Below the pieces are notes generated by a model that saw only the letters and a list, made by a program, of their open reading frames with translations, did not search any database and was not told where the DNA came from. A stretch of DNA of 37,369 bases from Silvanigrellaceae bacterium (GTDB taxonomy: Bacteria; Bdellovibrionota_B; Oligoflexia; Silvanigrellales; Silvanigrellaceae): assembly GCA_049423385.1 (NCBI GenBank), contig JBMSQQ010000027.1:1-37369 (forward strand). Reading direction: 5' to 3'. The translations under genes were made by a program, and so were the position numbers. Below, piece after piece: positions 8,138 to 19,400 of this stretch (position 1 is the first letter of the stretch; every line of letters starts with the position of its first letter).

Positions 8138-9244
8138 TCATCTGTCGGAGGAAGTGCGGGGAGATTGAGCCCATGGCAATTTCAGGGCGGCCGATTCCCT
8201 CAGGTCGTCGACCCTGTGAAGATAGAGTTGGGTTGTTGTGACTTGCGCATGATTCAAGAGGCTTTGTATTTCGACAACTGGAATTTCCGCAAGGTGAAGT
8301 TGAGTCGCCAGGGTTGCACGGCAACCGTGTGGCGAAAAGGGCCTTTCGATGCCCGCCCGCTTGGCCGCGTCGCGGACCATGCGGAATACGGTGCTCCTGT
8401 GCAGAGGCAGAATTTTCCCACTCTTGCCCTGGGAAGCAATAAAAACAGGTTCTTCCGGATTTGCCCCCGGGCGGAATCGCCCGATGAATTCTGCGAGCAC
8501 TCGCGAAGAATCCGGATGAATCAGAGGTGAATGTCGGCGCGCACCTTTGGTCAGCAAGGAAAGGCGGGTCAGATCGCCCTCCACTGTAATGTCCTTGAGC
8601 TTCAACTGGCAGATCTCACTCACCCGCATTCCAACGGTGAACAGCAGAACCAGCAAACACCATTCGGTTTCCGCCTTGATCCAGGCACGACGTGCCAGGG
8701 GCGAGCTCTTTTCTGTCGGGATGGCTGCGGCGCACGCGTTGGCATGTTCGCGGGCGGTTTGCAGAATCCGGGTCAGTTCTTCTTCATTCAGGACGGCCGC
8801 GTGGCTTTCCCTGCGCACGCGTGGTCGGCTCACATGTTCCATGGGATTTTCGGGAAGCAGGTCACGCTTCACGGCGAAATCGAGCAGCGAAGAAAGGGTA
8901 CAAAGCTTTCGCGCGACCGATGCATTTGCAACCCTGCGACGGGTTTCATCGAAACGGGTGTGCTTGCGCGACAAAGCGTCTTTCCACTGCAGCAAAAGAA
9001 TTTCTGTGACTTCAGGGATGAATTTGATTTTACGTCCGGAGTCTTCGGCAAAAACCAAAAATTCGAGCACGTCGCGGGCATAGGCCATGCGGGTATGGAT
9101 TGAGCGATGTGAAAGCAGAAAATGGCCGAGCACATCGAAAATCGCAGGGGTAAGCTTTTCGCCTGCCCAAGCTGCCACATCGAGTTTGGGCTGTTGCAAC
9201 AGTTCAGAGGCTGAAATGGCAAGTGTGGATGTGCTGCCGCTCAT
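8138..9244 (-). CDS. Tyrosine recombinase, XerC/XerD-like
   Basis: N-terminal HTRMAYARD...ASVARKL...NPM domain; catalytic GMRVSEI (R), KG (K), PHGCR (HxxR), LLNH (H) and TTQLY (Y). Confidence 0.93.
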   Translation of the reverse strand: MSGSTSTLAISASELLQQPKLDVAAWAGEKLTPAIFDVLGHFLLSHRSIHTRMAYARDVLEFLVFAEDSGRKIKFIPEVTEILLLQWKDALSRKHTRFDETRRRVANASVARKLCTLSSLLDFAVKRDLLPENPMEHVSRPRVRRESHAAVLNEEELTRILQTAREHANACAAAIPTEKSSPLARRAWIKAETEWCLLVLLFTVGMRVSEICQLKLKDITVEGDLTRLSLLTKGARRHSPLIHPDSSRVLAEFIGRFRPGANPEEPVFIASQGKSGKILPLHRSTVFRMVRDAAKRAGIERPFSPHGCRATLATQLHLAEIPVVEIQSLLNHAQVTTTQLYLHRVDDLRESAALKLPWAQSPRTSSDR

Positions 9245-9275
9245 GAGGACTCCCTTGAGGGGAGATTAGCACATT

Positions 9276-9842
9276 TCAGAGTCCGTAGCCGAGCGCCAAT
9301 CGGACGGCGAAGAAGGCGAAAAGGAGTGCGGCAAGAATACGGAAAACGTTCATCGGGATGCGCTTGAGGACTTGTGGTCCGGCCACCACGGCGAGTCCAT
9401 CGGCAATCATCATTCCCAAGGTTGTGCCCGCAGTCACAAGCAGAAGTTGATCTTTGTGCGCCGCACCGAGGCTTACGGTGGCAAGCTGGGTTTTGTCGCC
9501 CATTTCGGCAATGAAAAAGGTGATGAGTGTGGTGATAAAGGCGTTGTTGCCGCTCTTGCCAGCATCGTCGTCATCTTTGTCGGGCACCAAAACCCAAACG
9601 GCAAAACCGGCGTAAAGAACGACGAGCGACCAGCGCAAAACATCGCCCGACATAAAACCTGCTGCTGCGGTTCCGACCCAGGCTGCCAGCAGATGGTTGG
9701 CAATCGTCGCAACCAGAATACCCATCATGATCTGCACAGGTGCCTTGTAGCGGGCAATCAGGGCGAGGGCGAGCAATTGGGTTTTGTCGCCCATTTCAGA
9801 GAGCGTGACCAGTGAAGCAGAATCGATGAAGGCGTTTTGCAT
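9276..9842 (-). CDS. TMEM165/GDT1 (UPF0016) family Mn2+/Ca2+ transporter
   Basis: Two EMGDKTQL motifs. True start is ATG 9842 (MQNAFIDS); the longer ORF-track extension overlaps the LamG frame. Confidence 0.93.
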   Translation of the reverse strand: MQNAFIDSASLVTLSEMGDKTQLLALALIARYKAPVQIMMGILVATIANHLLAAWVGTAAAGFMSGDVLRWSLVVLYAGFAVWVLVPDKDDDDAGKSGNNAFITTLITFFIAEMGDKTQLATVSLGAAHKDQLLLVTAGTTLGMMIADGLAVVAGPQVLKRIPMNVFRILAALLFAFFAVRLALGYGL

Positions 9843-9880
9843 TTGGGGAATTCCTGTCGTTTTTAAAAAACACAAAATGC

Positions 9881-9909
9881 AATCTAAGTGGATTCCATCG
9901 GACTGGCAA
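9881..9909 (-). promoter_or_regulatory. Putative sigma-70 promoter for the GDT1-recombinase block
   Basis: Minus strand TTGCCA (9909-9904), 17 nt spacer, TAGATT (9886-9881), ~40 nt upstream of ATG 9842. Confidence 0.55.
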
Positions 9910-9931
9910 ATGTACGGGCTAGGTTGGGTTT

Positions 9932-10435
9932 TTAATCCGCTGTGCTGAAAAAAGCGGTGGGCGGCGTGAAGTTCACTGTGTAGCGCAATCCTTGGCTGAT
10001 GCGCAGTTCGTCGATTTTGAATGCAACAGAACCACCGATGCTCATGGCGGCAGTTGTGTCGAAAAGCCTTGCCTGACCAGCTGTCCCAACAGTACCTGTC
10101 CCGCTGGCGGTGCCGTTGCAGTAAATGGTCACATTGCCGGCATTGAAAGTGATGGCAACGTGATGCCATGCATTTTTCCCCAAGGTACACGTGGAATTGA
10201 CGTTAAAGAGGGTTGTTCCGTTGGTGCTTCCGGTAAAACTGAATTTGTAATTTGACATGCTGATTTTGACCGTTTTGATGGCCCAAGACACGCCTGTGGT
10301 GGCGGTTGTTTGTTGAGTGATGACATTTGTGGCGGTGGTGTTGCCGGTGTTGAACATGAATTCAATTGTTGCCGTGTTCAAAAAGCTTCCTAAAATTGTG
10401 TTGTCCGCGAGTGTGAGAGGTGTATTTGCAGCCAA
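9932..10435 (-). pseudogene. C-terminal LamG/concanavalin-A-like domain remainder of the giant adhesin, separated by an in-frame TAG
   Basis: Same frame as, and directly abutting, the giant ORF's TAG (10438-10436). Motifs TIEFMF, WHHVAITF...IYCNG and IDELRIS...RYTVNFTPPT. No RBS before TTG 10435. The domain's first strands (LLYHFD...GFGTNAL) lie upstream of the stop. Confidence 0.75.
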
Positions 10436-13400
10436 CTACAATGCATTTGTTCCGAATCCTGCGTTGGCCGCAACAAAGGACGCACCGGTGGTCGTGATAT
10501 TGCTCGGCACTGTTGCGTTATACAACGATGAGTTCGTACCATTGTTGTCGAAGTGATACAGCAGCGAAGCAAAATTGACTGTCGGGGTCCATGTGGCAGA
10601 AGTTGATGCGCCGGTGTTTTGGGCAGTGTCGGTTGCCCTGACGTAGAGAGTCTTTGCAATTCCATTTGCTGCCGTGGGATCTGTTGAAGTTGCCAAAGCC
10701 AGAGAATACGGTGTTGTGCAGCTGCTATAATTCAGGTTGTCTGTTGAGCATTGGTAACCGGTCACAGTCTCACTTGCGGTGAAGGTAAAATAGGCGTTCG
10801 CACTATATGGGTTTGCCGAACTTGCACTGAGGGTGACTGTGGGTGCAACCGTGTCACGGGTCCAGCTTACGGGAGCTGATACAGAACTTGTGCCGCCACT
10901 CACGATTTGTTGAGTGATGTTGAAATTGAAAGTCGCATCGTTGCTCTTTGCAATAGTGAAAGCGAACGTCCCATCGGCAGCGCAGTTTTGCACAAAGGCG
11001 CCGGGCGGGTTTGTGATTTCGCCGCTGGTGAGAGTGGTTCCAGAGCCAGCGGCAATCGTGATTGGATAGGTTGGTTGGCAAACTCCCAGAATGTTGAGTG
11101 AGCTTGCGTTGTTTGTGATGGTGCCGGTAGATGGAAAAGTCACTGTCGGGATTGGAACTGAGTTTGGATCTTGTGTCCAGGATTTTGCAACGCTCGTTGC
11201 CGAAACGTTTCCGGCCGGGTCCGTTTGTCTTGCTGTGATAGAATACGTGCCCGCTACAGAGCGGCTGACAGTGGCTGCGAACGCTCCCGCGATGCAGGTG
11301 ATGCTCGAATCTGCCACTCCACCCACAAGGATTGAGACTGTCGCGTTCGTTTCACAGGTTCCATTGACATAAAGAGAATTGGGCGAAGTGATGCTGCTGG
11401 TGCTCGGGTTTGTGAAGACCGGCAACGCAGGTGCGAGAATATCTCTGATCCAGGTGAAGGAAGCAACGGCCGAGGATTTTCCGAGCGTCGTGTCTGTCTG
11501 ATAGATGCTGTATATGTAGGTTCCATCGGTACGTGCAGACACTGGATAGGCATACGCACTTGAGCTGCAAGTTCCTGTTATCAGTTCTGCGCCATTTTCA
11601 ACAATCGTGACGTCGTTGCCGGTCGTACAAGTCACACTGACATTGGGATACGTCGTGCTTGTGCTGTTGTTTGTATAGTAAATACCCTGGGCATTGCGTG
11701 TTGGAGTTGAAATTACAGGGGTTGTGGGGATGGCTGAATCCTTGACCCAGACAAAAGACAAACTGGCGCTTGTGTTTGCTGCGGCGTCAGTCTGACTCAG
11801 AGTGTAATTGTAAGTTCCATCGCTGGCGGCGTTCCCATCGGCGCCCAGACTCTGTGAAAAGCTGAATAACCCGCTGGAAGAGCATGTTGTAGATAACGGA
11901 GAAACCACAATTGAGCTTGGGATGGCGGTTGCAGACAAATTGACTGTCGCACTGGCTTCGCAGCTGCCCATGAAGGTGAAGGTTCCTGATCTCGAATTTG
12001 TCGGGTTTTCGATTGGGCTTGAGAGAACTATTTCTGCAGGTGCGACAGTGTCTCTCGTCCAGAGTTTAGATACTGAGGGGGATTGAACCGGGTTGAATGG
12101 ATTGGTTTGTGCGACACGGAAGATGTATTGGCCATCCAACGACTTGGCAATCGTGAAGCTGTAGTTGCCGTTGCTCGGGCAAGATTGCGTGAGACTTTGG
12201 AACGGGCTGACCATATCGGAAAGTGAAACATCGCCCGACACGTCGACGGTGTAACCAGCTGTGCATGTGCCGTTGAGGACAAAGTTTGTCACATTCGAGG
12301 TGACACTGGCTGCACCCGAAATCGTTGGCGCAGTCGCAGCGCGGGTGTCATTCACCGTCAATTGGAATATGCGGCTTGCCGAAAGTGGCCCGGCATCGGT
12401 GACTTGGAAGGTCAGGTTGACAGCACCGAATGCACCCGAAACCGGTGTCACTGTACCCACACAATTCGGCCAGGTGCCGCTCCAGACCACGGCTCCTGAG
12501 GCAGCAACGATCGAAGGTGTGCTTGAGGAGTAGCTGAGATAAGTGCTCGAGCAGGCAAGTGCGCCATCGATGTCACCGACCACAAAGCTGACGGCAAGAT
12601 TGGTGTTCATATTGACCGACTGGGCATTGATTGCGTTCATCGTGGGCGCATCATTGACCGGGTTGACCGTCACCGTGAAATTTCGATTTGTAGTCGCAGA
12701 GCTGCTGTCTGTCAGCGACAATGTAATGGTTTCCGTTCCCGGATCGGTGACGTTGTTTCTGTTTGCGGCCGGGGTTGCCGTGATCGTGCAGCTGGTTCCG
12801 GTGCCGCCAGCAATCACCAGGTTTGCGTTGGGTATGAGGGTTGTGATGCTGCTGCTGGCAGTCACCTGTGAGCAGTTCACGCTGCTATCGATGTCTGCAA
12901 CCGTAAACGCCAGCGCTCCCGTGTTGCCGTCTTCGCTGATAGTTTGGTTTGCAATTGCAGTGATGGTCGGTGCGTCATTCACCGCGGTGATACTCAAAGT
13001 CACGGTCCGGCTTGTCGAGCAAAGACTTGGCGTGGCATTGTCGCAGACGCTGTAAGAAAAGCTGTCTGAGCCATTGAAATTCAGATTGGGGGTGTAGGTG
13101 ATGCTGCCGCCAACGCTCGGATTGGCTGTTGGCGCTCCAAGTGTGCCGTTGCTCGGATTGACAATGAGGTATGACAGGGTGTTTCCGGCATCGGGGTCGG
13201 TACCACTGGCCAGAAGGATGCTCACACCGGTGTCTTCACTCGTGATTTTGCTTGTGTCGCCTCCGGCCATGACCGGTGCCTCATTCACGTTTGTGATCGC
13301 AATGGTGAAAGTCGAATCGAATGTTGCTCCGGCAGCGTCTGTGGCACGCAGGGTGACGCTGTAGCTGTTCTTCGTCTCGAAGTCGAAAACACTGCTGGCT

Positions 13401-16400
13401 CTCAGATTTGTTCCGCTCACGTTGAAGGACGCCGCGTCTGTTCCGCCGCTGATGCTGAACGTCATCGTGTCCACGGCATCCGGATCAACACCGGAAATTG
13501 TTCCGACAAACGCATTCAAAGCATTGTTTTCGGAAATGGAGGCAGCACTGAGTGCGATTGAGGTTGGTGCATCATTGGCGTTGACAACGGTGATCGTGAA
13601 GCCTTTGCTGAACTGCAGTGTGCCTTGATCTGTTGTGGTCAGGGTGATGTTGTAGGTGGATTTTGCCTCGAAGTTGAACGACACGGCCGCGAGCAGGCTG
13701 TTGCCGCTGATGGTGAAAGATGACGCGTCGGTGCCTGATACCGCATAGGTGAAAGTGCTCGAGGCATCCGGGTCGGTTGTTGAGATCGTCGCCACCGCAG
13801 CGTTGACGGCATTGTTTTCAGTGATGCTGCTGGTCGAGAGCGTGATATTGGTTGGGGCTTCATTGACGTTGGTGATACTGATGATGAAGGTCTTGGTGAA
13901 CTGAAGGTTTCCTTGATCCCTGGTTGTGATGCTGATGCTGTAGGATGATTTGCTTTCATAATTGAAGCTGCTGGCGGTTGAAAGTGTGTTTCCGATCAAG
14001 CTGAATGAGGCTGCGTCCGTGCCTGCTAGGGTATAGGTGAATGTGTTTCCTGCATCCGGGTCCGTGGTTGAGAATGTTCCAACAGTTGTTACGGCCGCCG
14101 AATTTTCAGCGACAGACGCAGACGACAAGGAAATATCCGTCGGAGTTTCGTTCATATTGGTGATTGAAATGGTGAAGGCCTTTTGGAAATTCAATCCGCC
14201 CTGGTCTGTGGTTGTCAGGATGATCGAGTAGCTCGCCTTGGATTCAAAATTGAAGGCGGCGGCTGCGCTGAGGGTACTGCCGCTGAGGGTGAAGGCCGCA
14301 GCATCTGTTCCGGAAAGAGCATAGGTGAACGTGTTGCTGGCATCAACGTCGGTGGTTGCGAGTGTGGCAACCGTCGCGCCGATCACGTTGTTCTCCGCAA
14401 TGCTCGTCGCGGAAAGGGTGATGTTGTTGGGTGCCTCATTGACGTTCGAAACACTGATGATGAATGATTTGTTGGTGCTCAGCGAGCCCTGGTCGTTGCT
14501 TGCGATGGTCACAGAATAACTGTTCTTTGTTTCAAAGTCGAATGCGGAATTTGTCACAAGCATGCCGGAAGAAATACTGAACGACGCTGCATCAGCCCCA
14601 CTCACCGAGTATGTGAAAGTGTTTCCGGAATCCGGATCGGTGGTGGTCAATGTGCCCACGACAGAACCCGAGGGAAGATTTTCATCGATGGTGGAGTTTG
14701 AAAGGGTGATGTTGGTAGGTGCCTCATTCAAGTCATTGATGCTCACCGTGAATGATTTTGTGTAAGCAATACCACCTTGGTCTGTGGTGGTGATCGTGAT
14801 GCTGTAGGATGATTTTGCCTCGTAGTTCAGAGAAACTGCCGTGGTCAGGTTGCTTGTTGAAATTGCAAAGGCTGCAGCATCTGTTCCGCCCAAACTATAG
14901 GTGAAGGTGTTTGAGGCATCGGGGTCGGTTGTGCTCAGCGCGCCGACAACACTTCCTATAGACATGTTTTCGTTGATGGATGACGCAGAAAGGGTGATGT
15001 TTGTGGGTGTTTCGTTGACGTTGGTGATTGCGATGGTCACAGCCTTTGTGAAGCTGAGTCCGCCTTGGTCTGTAGTGATCAAGTCAAATGAGTAACTTGC
15101 TTTTGTTTCGTAGTTGAATGCAACTGCGGCTTGCAATGAAGCTCCATTGATCGAGAATGATGAAGCATCCGATCCCGCCAGAGTATAGGCGAATGTGCTC
15201 GCAGCATCTGGGTCGGATGTGTTCAATGTGGCAATGATTGCACCAACGGCATTGTTTTCAGGAATGCTGGAAGCCGACAAAGTGATGTTGGTGGGTGCTT
15301 CGTTGACGTTGGTCACATTGACAGTGAACGCTTTGACAATTGCCAATCCGCCTTGGTCTGTTGACGTGATGCTGATGCTGTAGCTTGTCTTGCTTTCAAA
15401 GTTGATTGGAGCAGCCGTCACGAGAGAACTGCCGGAGATTGCGAATGATGCAGCATCCGTTCCGCCGACAGAATACGTGAACGTGTTCGCAGCATCGGGG
15501 TCGGAGGTAGTTAGAGACCCAACTGCTGTGCCGACAGGTTGATTCTCTGAAATGCTGTTGGCAGTTATTGCAATGTCTGTTGGAGTCTCATTGACGTTTG
15601 TCACCACAACAACGACAGTTTTGCTGAATGCAAGTCCACCTTGATCTTGGGTTGTGACATTCAGTGAATAAGACGACTTGTTTTCAAAATTGAAGGATGT
15701 TGATGCCAGAAGAGTGTTTCCAGAAATCGAAAATGCAGATGCGTCGGAGCCACTCAAAGAATAGGTGAAAGTGCTGCCTGCATCGACGTCGGAGGTGCTG
15801 AGGGTTGCCACCGTTGCACCGATCAGATTGTTCTCTGCGATCGAAGTTGATGATAGGCTCAAGTCTGTCGGCGCTTCGTTCACATTGGTCACTGAAATAA
15901 CGAAAGCTTTCGTGAAGCTCAGGTTGTTCTGATCCTGTGTCGTGATACTGATGGAATAGCTGGTCTTGGTTTCATAGTTGAAGCTGGCTGTTGTGACCAA
16001 CGAGTTTCCGCTGATGGCAAACGATCCAGAATCAGTGCCTCCGACGGAATACGTGAATGTGTTGAGGGTGTCCTGGTCTGTGCTTGTGAGGATTCCCACC
16101 ACTGTTCCAGTTGCCTGGTTTTCCTGCAGGGATGTTGCAGAAAGTGCGATATCGGTTGGCGCCTCGTTGATATCGTTGACATTGATTGTAAAGTTTTTTG
16201 TATGGCTCAATCCGTCTTGGTCTGTGCTTGTGACTGCAAATGTGTACGACGATTTGGCTTCAAAATTGAACGATTGCGCTGCGAGCAGGTTGGCTCCTGA
16301 CAAGTTGAAGGATGCTGCATCTGCTCCAGAGAGTGCGTAAGTAAAGGTGTTGGATGCATCAACGTCTGAAGTCGTGAATGTTGCCACCAAAGAACCTGGA

Positions 16401-19400
16401 ATGTTGTTCTCGTTGACCGACGTATTCGAGATGGAGATGTTGTCTGGTGCTTCGTTGACGTTTGTGACCACGACAATAAAAGGTTTGCTGACCGACAATC
16501 CGCCTTGGTCCGTCGAAATGATATCGAAGCTGTATGAGAACTTCGTTTCGAAATTGAGTGGTGCAGAGGTCACAAGTGTGTTGCCCGAGATGCTGAAAGC
16601 CTCTGCGTCTGTTCCACTCAAAGTGTAGGTAAAGTTGCTCGCCGCGTCTTGATCCGTGGTGGTAAGCGTGCCCACCAGAGTTGAGTTGCCGACGTTCTCG
16701 GCGATTGAACTGTTTGAGATGGTTATATCGCTTGGTGTTTCATTGATGTCGTTGACGTTGATGACAAAGCTTTTTGTAAAGGCGAGTCCGCCTTGGTCCT
16801 GGGTTGTGATTGTGATGCTGTAGTTGGCTTTGCTTTCAAAGTTAAATGATTGTGCAGAGTAGAGCGTGTTGCCGGAAATCGAAAAGGCAGCCGCATTTGT
16901 TCCGCCGAGGCTGTAAACAAATGTGTTGGCCGCATCGGGGTCGGACGTTGACAGATTTCCGATGGCGGTTCCTGGCGCGAGATTTTCGTTGATGTTGAGG
17001 CTGGTGGATGAAATGTCGACCGGATATTCGTTGACGTTTGAAATGTTGATTGTCACATTTTTACTGTAGGTCAAGCCCCCCTGGTCCTGGGTTGTGACGT
17101 TGATAACATAGGTGCTCTTGATTTCATGATTGAAAGAAACTGCTGCCAAGAGTTGGTTTCCACTGATTGAGAATGATGTTGCATCGATTCCGGAGACTGA
17201 ATAAGAAAAAGTATTGTTCGCATCCGGATCGATGGTCGTGAGGTCTGCCACCACGGCACTCAAGGCGTTGTTTTCTGGAATCGAATTTGCAGACAGGACC
17301 ACGTCGATAGGTGACTCATTGACGTTTTGACCGTTGATTGTGAATGCCTTTATAAACTGCAGATTTCCTTGGTCTTTGGTTGTAATTGTGACCGAGTACG
17401 ACTGAACTGCCTCATAGTTGAAACTTGCCGACGTTCTCAGGGTGTTTCCGACTATGGAGAAGCTGGTTGCATCGGCTCCACCCAGAATATACGTGAAAGT
17501 GTTGCCGGTGTCTGGGTCGTCGGTTGAAAGAGTCCCAACGATGGTTCCAACTGGCTGATTTTCAGCAACAGTGGCGTTTGTAATGTTGATATTGATGGGA
17601 GCCTCGTTCATGTTCATCACTGCCACAGAAAAATTCTTTGAAAATGAAAGACCGTTCTGGTCCTGTGCGGTGATGGTAAAAGAGAAACTTGACTTGCTTT
17701 CATAGTTGAAGCTGATGCCAGCGGTAAGAGAGTTTCCGGAAAGATTGAATGCTGAAGCGTCCGTGCCGGAAAGCGACCATGAAAAGGTATTCAGTGCATC
17801 GGGATCCACAGCCGTGAACAAACCCACCGCGGCGCCAATGTTGTTGTTTTCAGAAATCGTTGAACCACTGAAGAGTATGTCGATTGGAGATTCATTCACG
17901 TCTGTCACCGCAATGATGAATGACTTTGTGAAAGTGGCGCCTTGGTTGTCTGTGGATGTGACGGAGATGTTGTAGTTGTTTTTGGATTCGAAATCGAATG
18001 ATGAATTGCTTTTCAGCAGCGATCCGAGAATTGTGAAAGATCCTGCATCCGGACCACTCAGACTGTAAGTGAACGTATTGCCGCCATCGGGGTCGGTTGT
18101 TGACAGTCCGCCAATGAGTGCTCCGGAACTCTGGTTTTCAGGGATGCTCGCATTTGCCAGTGTGATGTCGATGGGTGATTCATTTGCGTCCAAAATCGTG
18201 ATGACAATGTTTTTACTGGTTGTCAGACCACCCTGGTCCGAACTTTGGACTGTCAAATTGAAGGAATTTTTTTCTTCAAAATTAAAAGTTTGAGCAGTTG
18301 CCAGCGTGTTTCCGGAAACAACAAAAGCCGATGCGTCTGGACCGGAGAGTGTGTAGGTGAATGTGCCACTGAAATCAGGATCGCTCGTCGAGAAGCTGCC
18401 AACGGATGTACCAACCGGAGAATTTTCTGTGACTGCGCTGGTACTCAACGAAATGTCGGTGGGTGTCTCGTTGACGTTCAACACGGAAATTGTGAAATCT
18501 TTCGCAAATGAAAGTCCGTCCTGATCGGTCGTGGTGAGACGGATGGAGTAGCTGGCCTTGATTTCAAAGTTGAAGGCAACACTGCTGAGAAGCGAATTGC
18601 CAGCGATGCTGAATGCTCCCGCGTCAGGACCAGAGAGTCCGTAAACAAAGAGATTCGCTGCGTCGACGTCGGTTGTTGAAAGGGTGGCAACCATCGTTCC
18701 AGACGGTTTGTTCTCCTCGATCGAATTTGAGCTCAGCAAGATATTGCTGGGTGATTCGTTGACATTCATGATGTTGATTTGAAAGTTCTTTGAGAACGCA
18801 AGACCACCCTTGTCTTGTACCGTGACGGAAAGGATGTAGCTTGATTTGGACTCATAATCAAAGACTTCTGCAGTCGAAATACTGTTACCTGTCACGGTGA
18901 AGCGATTGGCATCTGGTCCACCGAGGCTGAAGGTGAAAGTGTCAACTGCATCCGGGTCGATAACCGATATTGAGCCAATAAAGCTTCCGGTGCTGCTGTT
19001 TTCGGGAATGATCGCATTCGAAAGTGCAAGATCAACAGGAGGCTCGTTTTGATCGAGGATGTTGACTACGAATGGCTTTGAGAAAGACGCGCCGCCCTGA
19101 TCGGTTGCAGTGAGTGTGAACATAAAGAATGGCTTGACTTCAAAATTGAAGGCCTCTTTTGTTTTCAGGAATGGACCGTCCACTTCGAAAGCGGAAGCAT
19201 CGCTGCCCGAAAGTGCAAATGTGAAAGTGTTGGACAAGTCCTGATCTTCTGCCGAAATTGTCGCGACAATCGTTCCCACGGCAACGCTCTCGGGAACAGT
19301 ATTTGCGGACATCAGGATATTGTGTGGGGGTTCATTGATATCGTTGACAGAGATGGTGAAGGCCTTGGAATAACTGAGCCCTCCCTGATCAGTCACGGTG

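Noticed and set aside
5091..9275. Prophage, ICE or integron around the tyrosine recombinase
   Set aside because: No structural, conjugation or replication genes, adjacent tRNA, flanking direct repeats or attC-like cassettes were seen.
9843..9931. yybP-ykoY Mn2+ riboswitch, often found upstream of GDT1-family genes
   Set aside because: The leader after the predicted promoter is only ~30 nt and lacks the expected conserved motifs.
9843..10190. N-terminal extension of the 304-aa ORF
   Set aside because: It is an alternative frame over the LamG coding region; the GDT1 family sequence begins at ATG 9842.
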